63,997 nt of DNA, filler included, from Vicugna vicugna (GCA_013265495.1; 79 parts of 74 records of this genome joined end to end with filler, not necessarily neighbours in it); one strand, 5' to 3'; positions 50,511 to 63,136 are shown, counted from the first letter of the whole stretch. The notes: generated from the sequence alone by a model not told the origin. Numbers and translations: made by a program.

Positions 50511-51576
50511 CTCTGCCTCTGGGATATCCTGCAAAACCCCCGAGAATACCCTGGCGCACAGACATTAGGAAAATTCTCAGGGGAGACGAGCTTAGGCTTT
50601 CCGTTAGAACCCACGCGCTGCCGACCGTTGGTGGAACCTCCCCACGCTCAGGATCCCGGAACCATTGTCAGTGCGTGGGGGAGCTCGAGAGACAACTNNN
50701 NNNNNNNNNNNNNNNNNNNNNNNNNNNNNNNNNNNNNNNNNNNNNNNNNNNNNNNNNNNNNNNNNNNNNNNNNNNNNNNNNNNNNNNNNNNNNNNNNNNN
50801 NNNNNNNNNNNNNNNNNNNNNNNNNNNNNNNNNNNNNNNNNNNNNNNNNNNNNNNNNNNNNNNNNNNNNNNNNNNNNNNNNNNNNNNNNNNNNNNNNNNN
50901 NNNNNNNNNNNNNNNNNNNNNNNNNNNNNNNNNNNNNNNNNNNNNNNNNNNNNNNNNNNNNNNNNNNNNNNNNNNNNNNNNNNNNNNNNNNNNNNNNNNN
51001 NNNNNNNNNNNNNNNNNNNNNNNNNNNNNNNNNNNNNNNNNNNNNNNNNNNNNNNNNNNNNNNNNNNNNNNNNNNNNNNNNNNNNNNNNNNNNNNNNNNN
51101 NNNNNNNNNNNNNNNNNNNNNNNNNNNNNNNNNNNNNNNNNNNNNNNNNNNNNNNNNNNNNNNNNNNNNNNNNNNNNNNNNNNNNNNNNNNNNNNNNNNN
51201 NNNNNNNNNNNNNNNNNNNNNNNNNNNNNNNNNNNNNNNNNNNNNNNNNNNNNNNNNNNNNNNNNNNNNNNNNNNNNNNNNNNNNNNNNNNNNNNNNTAC
51301 ATGCAAAGCCCCCTAGCATTCCCTGGCAAAGAGATATTAGGAAAATCCTCAGGGGAGACGAGCTTAGGCTTTCCGTTAGAACCCACGCGCTGCCGACCGT
51401 TGGTGGAACCTCCCCACGCTCAGGATTCCGGAACCATTGTCAGTGCGTGGGGGAGCTCGAGAGACAAATCCACACAGCTCTCTTCAGTCACAGGTGTTCC
51501 CTGTACGTGGAAGCCCGAGAAATAACTTCCATGATATTGGGGAGGCAGCCTCTGCCACTGGGATATCCTGCAAACC
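50511..51576 (-). repeat. SatB array with gap
   Basis: Same unit as 44565-45466. Confidence 0.95.
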
Positions 51577-51676
51577 NNNNNNNNNNNNNNNNNNNNNNNN
51601 NNNNNNNNNNNNNNNNNNNNTTAATTAATTAANNNNNNNNNNNNNNNNNNNNNNNNNNNNNNNNNNNNNNNNNNNN

Positions 51677-52481
51677 AGGTTCGAATTCGTTCTTTTTTCA
51701 CAGAAAAATAATTCTGGAGTGAATTCCACCTATAAGATATGTAATTTACTTGAATTCCATCAACATGGCATTCCGGGTTCCGTACATGATACATGCATGA
51801 TTCATTCGGCAGTCATGCGTTTCTGAATTGTGAGCATGTGGATTACTGAGCTTTCATCCACCAAAGAAGGTATATATAGACTTAGAAATATTTACTCTGA
51901 CTTCTAAGGTTTTTTATATCACAGGTTCTAAAATTGGACATTTGGCACCAGAAAACACTCTTTGAGCGAATTCTCACCAATACATATGTAATTAACATTG
52001 TTTACATAACCATGGCATTCCATATTCCGAACATGTTTCATGCATCACGGTTTCCTCAAACATTAATTTCTGAGTTGTGAACATGCGCATGACTGATGTT
52101 TCAACCACCAAACAAGTTACCTATGCACTTTGATATATTTATTTTGACTTTATAGCTTCTGCCTATCACCAGTTTCAAGAATGACACTTTGATCCCAGAA
52201 ATAACTTCTTGGAGCGAATTCTACCCTAGAGATATGTAATTTGAATAGATTCCATCTACATGATATTCCGTGTTCTGTACATGCTACATACATCTCGGAT
52301 TCGATAAACATGCATTCCTGAGTTGCGAACATATTCCTGAGTTGCGAACATGTGGATTACTAATCTTTCATCCTCTATTAAAGGGATATTTTCATCTAGA
52401 CAGGTGTACACTTTTTCACAAGCTTTCCATAACACTAGATTCAAATTCGTGCTTTTTTCACAGAAAAATAGTTCTGGAGCG
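51677..52481 (+). repeat. SatD array, gap-free a-b-c-a higher-order unit
   Basis: The type-a motif ag(g/a)ttc(g/a)aattcgt recurs at 51677 and 52437. Confidence 0.93.
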
Positions 52482-52939
52482 NNNNNNNNNNNNNNNNNNN
52501 NNNNNNNNNNNNNNNNNNNNNNNNNTTAATTAATTAANNNNNNNNNNNNNNNNNNNNNNNNNNNNNNNNNNNNNNNNNNNNCTTAGGACGTAGGGCAGCG
52601 TCGTGCTGAGCGAGGAAGGATTCAAGGTACAATCCTACAAACATATGAGGAGTATCCATTATGCCTGAACAATGGGCTGGGAGGGGAAGCGAGAGGGAAG
52701 GGGCGCAGCCATGGCAGCGTGTCTATTCCATTGCGTCAGAGACGGCGCTGAGCGAGGACAGACACAGAACTGAGTCTGAAGGGAACTGGCCAGGGGAACG
52801 ATGAAGATTCTATCTGAGGCGACCCTCGGATTTCTATTACAATAATAAGGGTCTGACTCGGCTTGATGGGGCAGAGTAATACTCTGGGGCCATCTTAAGA
52901 AAAGAAGATGGTCCAGAAGTAAGTCAGGCAGATAAAGGT

Positions 52940-53057
52940 CACTCATGCATACAACCAGCCAATTGTTAAGCGTCTGCTTTGCACTGGGCATCGCTCTGGG
53001 CACTGAACAGCTGTAAAGTAAGCTTAAAAAGCCCCTACTTTTGTGGAGGTTTCCTTT
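52940..53057 (-). mobile_element. L2 3' end remnant
   Basis: ttgttaagcgtctgctttgcactgggcatcgctctgggcactg..agcccctacttttgtggag. Confidence 0.55.
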
Positions 53058-53727
53058 NNNNNNNNNNNNNNNNNNNNNNNNNNNNNNNNNNNNNNNNNNN
53101 NNNNNNNNNNNNNNNNNNNNNNNNNNNNNNNNNNNNNNNNNNNNNNNNNNNNNNNNNNNNNNNNNNNNNNNNNNNNNNNNNNNNNNNNNNNNNNNNNNNN
53201 NNNNNNNNNNNNNNNNNNNNNNNNNNNNNNNNNNNNNNNNNNNNNNNNNNNNNNNNNNNNNNNNNNNNNNNNNNNNNNNNNNNNNNNNNNNNNNNNNNNN
53301 NNNNNNNNNNNNNNNNNNNNNNNNNNNNNNNNNNNNNNNNNNNNNNNNNNNNNNNNNGTCAGCTGGGACAAGCCCTGTGGGGACCGAACTTTGAGACTCC
53401 AAAGGGATAAGGACTTTCATTACACTCCTCCTACCTGGCTAGCTGGAGCACTTCTTTCTGACTTTCTTTGAGAAATTATTATATAACATTATCAACTTAA
53501 AAATAGAATTATTACCAACTTAAAAATAGGAATGAAAAAAATGCTTGTAATTTTATCGTCTGACGTGGCCTTTTTTAGTTTCCTGTGTTCTTGTCCAGCC
53601 TTTTTTCACATCTACACCTATTTTTATNNNNNNNNNNNNNNNNNNNNNNNNNNNNNNNNNNNNNNNNNNNNTTAATTAATTAANNNNNNNNNNNNNNNNN
53701 NNNNNNNNNNNNNNNNNNNNNNNNNNN

Positions 53728-54219
53728 GAGCTGCGTGCAGCTGTCTCTCGAGCTCCCCCACTCAATGACAAATTTTCCATCAACGGTCAGCGTGGGGAGG
53801 TTCCACCAACGGTCGGCAGCGCGTGGGTTCTAAGGGAATGCCTGTGCTCGTCTCCCCTGAGAGTTTTCCTCATGTCTCTGTGCCAGGGAATGCTAGGGGT
53901 GGTTGCAGGATANNNNNNNNNNNNNNNNNNNNNNNNNNNNNNNNNNNNNNNNNNNNNNNNNNNNNNNNNNNNNNNNNNNNNNNNNNNNNNNNNNNNNNNN
54001 NNNNNNNNNNNNNNNNNNNNNNNNNNNNNNNNNNNNNNNNNNNNNNNNNNNNNNNNNNNNNNNNNNNNNNNNNNNNNNNNNNNNNNNNNNNNNNNNNNNN
54101 NNNNNNNNNNNNNNNNNNNNNNNNNNNNNNNNNNGGAATGCTAGGGGTGGTTGCAGGAAATCCCAGTGTCAGATGCTGCCTCCCCAAGGTCAAGTAAAGT
54201 ATTTCTCGGACTTCCCCGA
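53728..54219 (+). repeat. SatB fragment
   Basis: gcgtggggaggttccaccaacggtcggcagcgcgtgggttcta. Confidence 0.95.
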
Positions 54220-54319
54220 NNNNNNNNNNNNNNNNNNNNNNNNNNNNNNNNNNNNNNNNNNNNTTAATTAATTAANNNNNNNNNNNNNNNNNNNNNNNNN
54301 NNNNNNNNNNNNNNNNNNN

Positions 54320-54999
54320 CTGTGGCTAGGACTTCCAGGACTATGTTGAATAGGAGTAGTGATATTGGGCATCCTTTTCTTGTCCCAGATTTTAGTGGGA
54401 AACTTTTGAGTTTTTCATCGTTCAGTACTATGCTGGCTGTAGGTTTGTCATATATAGCTTTTATTGTGTTGAGATATGTTCCCTCAATACCCACTTTGGC
54501 GAGAATTTTTATCATAAATGGATGTTGAATATTATCAAATGCTTTTTCTGCATCGATTGAGATGATCATGTGGTTTTTGTCATTTCTCTTGTTGATGTGA
54601 TGTATTACATTGATTTATTTGTGTATGTTGAACCAGCCTTGTGTCCCTGGGATGAACCCCACTTGGTCATGTTGTATAATCTTTTTTATGTGTTGTTGGA
54701 TTCTATTTGCTAACATTTTGGTGAGGATTTTGGCGTCTATGTTCATCAGTGTTATTGGCCTATAATTCTCTTTTTTGACAACAGTGTCTTTGCCTGATTT
54801 TGTTATCAGGGTGATGGTGGCTTCATAGAATGTGTTTGGGAGTATTCCCTCCTTTTCAATCAACTGGAAGAGTTTGAGAAGGACTGGTATGAGTTCTTCT
54901 TTGTATGTTTGTCAGAAATCCCTGGTGAAGCCATCTGGTCCTGGACCAGATTTTTAGGGAGGATTTTAATTGCTATTTCTATTTCCTTTCTAGTGATCG
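54320..54999 (-). mobile_element. LINE-1 ORF2 reverse-transcriptase region, pseudogenised
   Basis: [53 protein letters not shown] and [22 protein letters not shown]; in-frame TAA at 54615-54617. Confidence 0.97.
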
Positions 55000-55099
55000 N
55001 NNNNNNNNNNNNNNNNNNNNNNNNNNNNNNNNNNNNNNNNNNNTTAATTAATTAANNNNNNNNNNNNNNNNNNNNNNNNNNNNNNNNNNNNNNNNNNNN

Positions 55100-56045
55100 A
55101 TATAGGGTATAGAATATAGAACCAAGTATTCAGAACATGGAATTAAGAAAATAGAATACAGAATACTGAGTATCGAACATTGAATATAGAATGTAGAACT
55201 CAGAATATAGAATATAGAATACGGAATGCAGAATATAGAATACAGAAGATAAAATATAGAACACAGAATATTGAATATGGAAAACAGATTACAAAACCCA
55301 GAATTGAGAACATGGAAAGAAGAACACAGAATTAAGAATATAGAAAACAGAATACTGAATATGGAATTTCAAATATAGAATGTTGAACACAGAATTTAGA
55401 ATATAGAATAAAGAATACTGAATACTGAATTTAGAATATAGAATGTAGAACACAGTATATAGAATATAGATTAGGGAATATACAACCCAGAATTTAGAAC
55501 ATGGAATGCAGAACACAGAATTTAGAATATAGAATACAGAAAACTGAATATAGAATTTAGAATATAGAATGTAGAACACAGAATATAGAATATAGACTAC
55601 AGAATGCAGAATATAGAATATAGAGTATAGAATCATGAAAACATGAAAAAAAATATAGAGTATAGAATAGAGAATATAGAACACAGAATTAAGAACATGG
55701 AAAGTAGAACACAGAATTTAGAGTATAGAATACAGAATACTGAATTTCGAATATAGAATATAGAATGTAGAACACAGAATATAGAATATAGACTACAGAA
55801 TGCAGAATATAGAATATAGAGTATAGAATCATGAAAAAAAATATAGAGTATAGAATAGAGAATATAGAACACAGAATTAAGAACATGGAAAGTAGAACAC
55901 AGAATTTAGAGTATAGAATACAGAATACTGAATATAGATTTTAGAACACAGAATAGAGAATATAGAATACGGAATGCAGAATAAAGAAAACAGAATATAA
56001 AACACAAAATTTAGAACATGGAATGCACAACACAGAATTTAGAAT
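55100..56045 (+). repeat. SatE heptamer satellite
   Basis: AGAATAT variants; local 196-bp duplication. Confidence 0.95.
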
Positions 56046-56329
56046 NNNNNNNNNNNNNNNNNNNNNNNNNNNNNNNNNNNNNNNNNNNNTTAATTAATTA
56101 ANNNNNNNNNNNNNNNNNNNNNNNNNNNNNNNNNNNNNNNNNNNNCATTGGAGGCAGTGTCTTGCACGAATTCATTTGTAAGTTGCTTTTAAAAACAAGA
56201 GTGATCGGGAAATAGGACTGATATCCACACCTAATAGGCAGGCCCTCAAGGACAACTTCTATGGGTAATGCCAGGTTATCGTAATGTTTGAGTACCTGGG
56301 TTTCATGTCTTCCTATGCCACCTGTGTGA

Positions 56330-56979
56330 CCCATGATTCCCACATTCCTGTCTCCTGCTAGACTTTTTCTCTCCAACTCTGGACTCTTACAATCTTCTGC
56401 TGATTTGACATCTTCACTTGAATCTCTGATATCTTAAAAGCAACATGTGTAAAAACTGAGCTCTTGGTTCTACNNNNNNNNNNNNNNNNNNNNNNNNNNN
56501 NNNNNNNNAAACTTAATCCATCCAGCTGCTTGGGTCCAAAAACTTGGAGTTATTTTGACTTTCACTGACATACCACATGAATTCTGTCAATAGATCTGGT
56601 TTAACACTGCCTTTAAAACATTTCCAGAACCCAGCCACTTCTCACCATGGCTCCTGCCCCCACTGCTGCTTCCCTGCCCTGAGCCACTGTCCTCTCCTCC
56701 TGCACAGCCCTTCTCAGAGGCTTCCCACTTTTCATCTCTGACCCGTTTCGACTATTCTCACCCGGCAGTCAAGTGATCCTCGAAAACCTAAGTTAGAATG
56801 TGTCGTCCTTCTGCAGTGCCTCCCCATTTCACTCTGGGTAAAATCCACAGTCCTTACAACGTCCTCCAAGGCCGTACAGGACCTGCACTGACCCTTCTCC
56901 GCAGCTCCAGCTGTGCCCCCATTCTGGAACATGGGAGGTGCACGCTGCCCTTGGTGATGGTTATTCCGTCCACCTGGGA
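56330..56979 (+). mobile_element. L2 fragment
   Basis: gacatcttcacttgaatctc..aaaacttggagttattttgact..aaatccacagtccttacaacgtcc, typical of L2a. Confidence 0.8.
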
Positions 56980-57964
56980 NNNNNNNNNNNNNNNNNNNNN
57001 NNNNNNNNNNNNNNNNNNNNNNNTTAATTAATTAANNNNNNNNNNNNNNNNNNNNNNNNNNNNNNNNNNNNNNNNNNNNGGGTCTGTGAGGCGGGCAGTA
57101 GGTTTGCAGGGTGACCCGGGCATAGTCCCTGGGACTGAGTCTGCTGGTCTGACTAGCAGACCTGGGCACCCACAGTCCTAATGGGGCAGGTCGGGATGTG
57201 GCCTGGGACACCTTCCGTGCTGATGGCGAGAAGAGGGCTCCCCTGAAGGTGTGTCCCTGCAGAGAATAGAAACGTCCTCCTGCAGGGGGGAAGAGCCTCT
57301 GAGCAGGAGGCCGGATGCACAGGCAAGACCAGCCTGAGAACGGAGGTTTCGGGGAGACGGAAGTCATACAGTGGCCCGAGCAGCCTTGTTTCTAAGAGAC
57401 TGGAGGGAAAAGATGCTGAAAAGGCAGGCTAGGGACAGACCCTGTGGTGAGTCATGAGTGACAATAAAGGACTGTTNNNNNNNNNNNNNNNNNNNNNNNN
57501 NNNNNNNNNNNNNNNNNNNNNNNNNNNNNNNNNNNNNNNNNNNNNNNNNNNNNNNNNNNNNNNNNNNNNNNNNNNNNNNNNNNNNNNNNNNNNNNNNNNN
57601 NNNNNNNNNNNNNNNNNNNNNNNNNNNNNNNNNNNNNNNNNNNNNNNNNNNNNNNNNNNNNNNNNNNNNNNNNNNNNNNNNNGATCCTCTGTGTCATGTC
57701 AGTGCTGCCCTGCAAGGTTCTGCAGCGGCTGCTCTTACCCTGAGATGGGAGGGCATAGAAGGAAACTGTAGCACCTCAGGGCAGGAAGGAGTTGCTTTAA
57801 AAACAGACATGTAGCCGCTTGCAGCTGCACACCTACAGGCAGTTTGGTTGATGGTCCTTGAGAGNNNNNNNNNNNNNNNNNNNNNNNNNNNNNNNNNNNN
57901 NNNNNNNNTTAATTAATTAANNNNNNNNNNNNNNNNNNNNNNNNNNNNNNNNNNNNNNNNNNNN

Positions 57965-59175
57965 CTCTCTTCAGTCACAGGTGTTCCCTGTTCGTGGAAT
58001 CCCGAAAAATATTTTCCTGAACTTGGGGAGGCATCCTCGGTCACTGGGATATCCTGCAATCACCCCTAGCATTCCCTGGCACAGAGACATTAGGAAAATC
58101 CTCATGGGAGACGAGCTTAGGCATTCCGTTAGAACCCAAGCGCTGCCGACGGTTGGTGGAACCTCCCCACGCTCAGGATTCCGGAACCATTGTCAGTGCG
58201 TGGGGGANNNNNNNNNNNNNNNNNNNNNNNNNNNNNNNNNNNNNNNNNNNNNNNNNNNNNNNNNNNNNNNNNNNNNNNNNNNNNNNNNNNNNNNNNNNNN
58301 NNNNNNNNNNNNNNNNNNNNNNNNNNNNNNNNNNNNNNNNNNNNNNNNNNNNNNNNNNNNNNNNNNNNNNNNNNNNNNNNNNNNNNNNNNNNNNNNNNNN
58401 NNNNNNNNNNNNNNNNNNNNNNNNNNNNNNNNNNNNNNNNNNNNNNNNNNNNNNNNNNNNNNNNNNNNNNNNNNNNNNNNNNNNNNNNNNNNNNNNNNNN
58501 NNNNNNNNNNNNNNNNNNNNNNNNNNNNNNNNNNNNNNNNNNNGGGAGACGAGCTAAGGCATTCCGTTATAACCCACGTGATGCCGACCGTTGGTGGAAC
58601 CTCCCTACCCTCAGGAATCCGGAAAAATTGTCAGTGCGTGGGGGAGCTCGAGAGACAACTCCACGCAGCTCTCTTCAGTCACAGGTGTTCCCTGTCCGGG
58701 GAAGTCCGAGAAATACCTTCCCTGACCTTGGGGAGGCAGCCTCTGACACTGGGATATCCTGCAATCACCCCAGATATTCCCTGGCACAGAGACATAAGAA
58801 AACCCTCAGGGGAGACCAGCTTAAGCATTCCATTAGAACCGACGCGCTGCCGACCCTTGGTGGAACCTCCCCACGCTCAGGATTCCGGAACCATTGTCAG
58901 TGCGTGGGGGAGTTCCAGAGAAACCTCCACGCAGCTCTCTTCAGTCACAGGTGTTCCCTGTTCGGGGAAGTCTGAGAAATATCTTCCCTGACCTTGGGGA
59001 GGCAGCCTCTGACACTGGGATATCCTGCAATCACCCCTAGCTTTCCCTGGCACAAATACATTAGGAAAACCCTCAGGGGAGACGAGCTAAGGCATTCCGT
59101 TATAACCCACGCGCTGCCGACGGTTGGTGTAAGTTCCCCACGCTCAGGATTCCGGAAACATTGTCAGTGCGTGGG
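57965..59175 (-). repeat. SatB array
   Basis: Tandem 267-bp unit. Confidence 0.96.
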
Positions 59176-59275
59176 NNNNNNNNNNNNNNNNNNNNNNNNN
59201 NNNNNNNNNNNNNNNNNNNTTAATTAATTAANNNNNNNNNNNNNNNNNNNNNNNNNNNNNNNNNNNNNNNNNNNN

Positions 59276-59792
59276 TGTTTGTCCTTTGAATCCGCTGTTC
59301 TTGCAGCTGTCCATGTGAATTAAATCATGGTGCACCTGTAAAACCTCCAAAAAAACCAAGGTTATTCTCTTTTTTGCAACTTGCCATCTCTACAGGAGTG
59401 CAGATGAGCTAACATTTTTAAAGAACAGGGCCAGGAGAATAGGCTTTCCTGTAGATTTCAGGCTAAAGGAAACTTTCTTTTACAAATCGTGCAGAGCTAA
59501 CAAGTTTGAGCCTAGAAAACCGGGCACATGTTTAAAGCCAAAGGAACAGATCTAACGTAGAGTCAAAATTGTTCTTTTTTTTTATTACAATTCCCTTTTT
59601 AGCTTCATAGATAATTTTAGTAAGAAACAGGAGCAATTTTTTATATTAATAACCGATTAGTGGGCCAACTACATTTTTTTGAGCAGGGATGCTGTGCGGG
59701 TATTGGGGTGGCAGCAAACTCTTGTTGGGGGTGGCCGACCCTGCAATATGTGTGATGCCCCGTGAGTGTTGGTGAGGGTCCCCCTAGCCAGG
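59276..59792 (-). mobile_element. ERV1-class 3' internal end, polypurine tract and 3' LTR start
   Basis: Minus strand ..aaaaagggaat|TGTAATA..gaacaattttgactc..ttagatctgttcctttg; the LTR begins at 59589 and resembles cetartiodactyl ERV1 LTRs. Confidence 0.7.
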
Positions 59793-59892
59793 NNNNNNNN
59801 NNNNNNNNNNNNNNNNNNNNNNNNNNNNNNNNNNNNTTAATTAATTAANNNNNNNNNNNNNNNNNNNNNNNNNNNNNNNNNNNNNNNNNNNN

Positions 59893-60337
59893 ATGCTCAG
59901 TTCTGTGAGATAAGTATGTGTGAAAGCCGTCCTTCACATAGTTTGAAGGTAACACAAAGTTTATTTTCAGTTGCCAACCCAACTCCATACATATATATGG
60001 GGTGGTACAAGCTCCAACTCGATTTTACAGTGAAAACGGCAGGCACTTCAAACCGGCACTAAGAAACAGACTGAGAAACCAGAGTAAGGGTTTCCCTGCA
60101 AACCGTTCCCTTTGTGCTGGATGAACAAGTCTCTCCACATGCTCAGTTCTGAGAGATAATTGTGTGTGAAAGCCTTCCTTTACCTAACTTGTAGGGAACA
60201 CAAAGTTTCTTTTCAGTTGCCAACTCCACTCCATACATATATATGGGGAGGTACAAGCTCCAACTGGTTTTACAGTGAAAACGGCAGGTATATCATACCG
60301 GAACTAGGAAACAGACTGAGAAACCAGAGTAAGGGTT
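59893..60337 (-). repeat. SatC array
   Basis: About 1.8 units. Confidence 0.95.
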
Positions 60338-60899
60338 NNNNNNNNNNNNNNNNNNNNNNNNNNNNNNNNNNNNNNNNNNNNTTAATTAATTAANNNNNNN
60401 NNNNNNNNNNNNNNNNNNNNNNNNNNNNNNNNNNNNNAAAAACAAAATCCCCTTTAGGGGTAACTTAGATTTCTCTTCCTGTGTCCTTGAAATGTAAATG
60501 TTTTATCTTTCTCTAGGTGTTTTAAGTGTGTGTATGTATGTGTATATATGTGTACTTTTTTTTAAAGAGAACCTTGGACTCTGCCATACAAAAGGTAGAA
60601 GTATTTTGTACATATGGTGGCCACGCAAATAAATTGGATTCTAAGCAATTCTTTGTACCAATATTCAGATATTTTACCATCTAAAATTTTGTTGCATAAG
60701 CCTGGACCACAAAGGCCTTTAGCTTTTGGAGAGTAAACCTTTGNNNNNNNNNNNNNNNNNNNNNNNNNNNNNNNNNNNNNNNNNNNNTTAATTAATTAAN
60801 NNNNNNNNNNNNNNNNNNNNNNNNNNNNNNNNNNNNNNNNNNNATGCCATTTATTTTACTTTGCCTTCCAAAAGGGGCAGAATTGGGTGTAAAATCCAT

Positions 60900-61588
60900 G
60901 CCGCTCATTTGTTCCCTTTACGACGCTGGTTCTTCTGAGTATCAGGACTACAAAGCCTTCTCCTTAGTAGCTGGCTCACCTGGATCTGGTGGACACAAGG
61001 ACTGCTAAAGGGGACCGTAGCTTCCTCTCTGCTTCAGCCAGTGTGCATTCAGAGCCAGGTCTGTGGTTTGCCTCAGCAGCCGTGCAGGCCTCCCTGCCCC
61101 GGACTTTACTTTTAACCCATGTTTGCAGAAAATAGCTGACTCCGTGTCTGTTGCAGCCGATGTCCACCACTGACGTCCTTGTTGTTAGTTTGTGGTAGTG
61201 AGTCCCCAACACCCCAGTCAACCATGGAGGAAGATGCTTTGGCCGACCTAAGACCTTGTATTCTTACTCCTACCCTGGTACATCTCACCCGGGGGAAGAG
61301 TTTCGCCACCACCATCATGCTGTCCATGAGGCCTTGTTTCTTCTTTCATGCTCTGGTCCAAATGTGGACACTTCATATTTCACTGAATTTCTCTCACTTG
61401 AGACAGGTCAGAATATCTGAATGAGTCCATCACAAAGTCCATCACATTCTGTGTGGGGAACAGAACAGATGTAAGTGTCGCAAGTAGATGGAGTCCAGGC
61501 TGTCCGGGTTGACAAATGTAGGCTGGGATCTGTGATGGCTGGTCTATGCCCTGGACACAGGCCTTTCCCGTGGCTCCCGAAAGCCCAG
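60900..61588 (-). mobile_element. Degenerate ERV-L-like gag remnant (lineage 2, copy 2)
   Basis: Minus strand TRSQLF/KHGLKVKSGAGRPARLL..KQRGSYGPL, versus recalled ERV-L TRRELW..EHGVPRGKIDGQPTRVLL..NRESRPL; paralogous to 2431-2858. Confidence 0.42.
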
Positions 61589-61688
61589 NNNNNNNNNNNN
61601 NNNNNNNNNNNNNNNNNNNNNNNNNNNNNNNNTTAATTAATTAANNNNNNNNNNNNNNNNNNNNNNNNNNNNNNNNNNNNNNNNNNNN

Positions 61689-62434
61689 TAAATATAATAG
61701 TGTTATTCTAAGTATGGGAATGAGCAATGAAGGTGAAACACTTCCTGGATCATAATAGACTAGTAAGACAGTTGATCCAGAGAACTTTTAGTATCAACAG
61801 GGCCTGATAAAAAAACTAACACCTTGAATGGCAACTCAGAAGATTCTTCACCTGAACTAGGGATGAGCCATCCTAGCACCGTGGGACAAAATTGGTCATG
61901 AAATGTCTCTCAAAATATTGGTCGAAGGACCAAGGGGGAGTACTGTGAATGAAAATACTACAATGTGAATGAAAATACTGCAACAATGTCAGTAAACAAA
62001 GAATGCTGAATCCAAGTCATCAGCGACTGCTGCCAGCCCCCAGCGAAGACATGCCTGCAGCCCGGCCTCTCAGCCACTCACAGTGGTGCCCTCTGAGCGG
62101 ACTCAGAGTAAGAAAGGACAGGATACTGGCCCTAGATAGCCAGGTGCTTGCCAAAGGAACGAATTCAATGACCCAAATGTTTGCTTCCCACCATACATAG
62201 AAAAGCACTAAATACTTGAACTTGAGGTATCTGGTTTTCTTTAGATAACAAGCAATATTTTATTGTTTCAATTACCTGGTCTTTGTTGTAAAGCTCCTAT
62301 ATATCCTAGCTCCTCCCCTACCTCTTGGGAGCAGTCCCTCAGAGTGATCTGAGAGGATGTCATCCCGGCTCGAGTCCTCCAGCCAAATAAAACAAAGCCC
62401 TTAACATTTAGGCTGAACGTTTACTTCAATGACG
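61689..62434 (+). mobile_element. MER34-like ERV1: 3' internal end, PPT and near-complete 3' LTR (61944-62434)
   Basis: caagggggagtac|TGTGAA; TATATAT at 62298-62304; AATAAA at 62386-62391; gagcagtccctcagagtgatctgagagg motif. Confidence 0.8.
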
Positions 62435-63136
62435 TTCCAGAATAGACACAACTCATCAATTCTGTAATGGAACACACTGAATCAGGAACCAAANNNNNNN
62501 NNNNNNNNNNNNNNNNNNNNNNNNNNNNNNNNNNNNNNNNNNNNNNNNNNNNNNNNNNNNNNNNNNNNNNNNNNNNNNNNNNNNNNNNNNNNNNNNNNNN
62601 NNNNNNNNNNNNNNNNNNNNNNNNNNNNNNNNNNNNNNNNNNNNNNNNNNNNNNNNNNNNNNNNNNNNNNNNNNNNNNNNNNNNNNNNNNNNNNNNNNNN
62701 NNNNNNNNNNNNNNNNNNNNNNNNNNNNCAGTTGCAAAACACGTTAAAAATATCATTTTATTTTATACGATATTTTACATATATACCCATCTCTGAACAC
62801 AGCTTTGCCAGAAGCCCAAATCTTCAACATCAATTCCCAAAGGCAAATCCAGTCCCCAAGGGGAAACAAGACTTAAGACGNNNNNNNNNNNNNNNNNNNN
62901 NNNNNNNNNNNNNNNNNNNNNNNNTTAATTAATTAANNNNNNNNNNNNNNNNNNNNNNNNNNNNNNNNNNNNNNNNNNNNTACACGAGGCCTGGAGTTCT
63001 CCCAAATACAGATCTCTATTACCCCATGTGAAAACCACAAAAAGGCCACCAGAAGAAAAGTGCCCACAGATAAGATGGAATTACTGAAACTGAAAGCAGC
63101 CAAAGAGCATATATTACTAGGAAAAACAGTGCTCCT

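Noticed and set aside
54264..54863. RT ORFs as an active or novel reverse-transcriptase system
   Set aside because: Standard L1 ORF2 with nonsense and frameshift lesions; its neighbours are unrelated contigs
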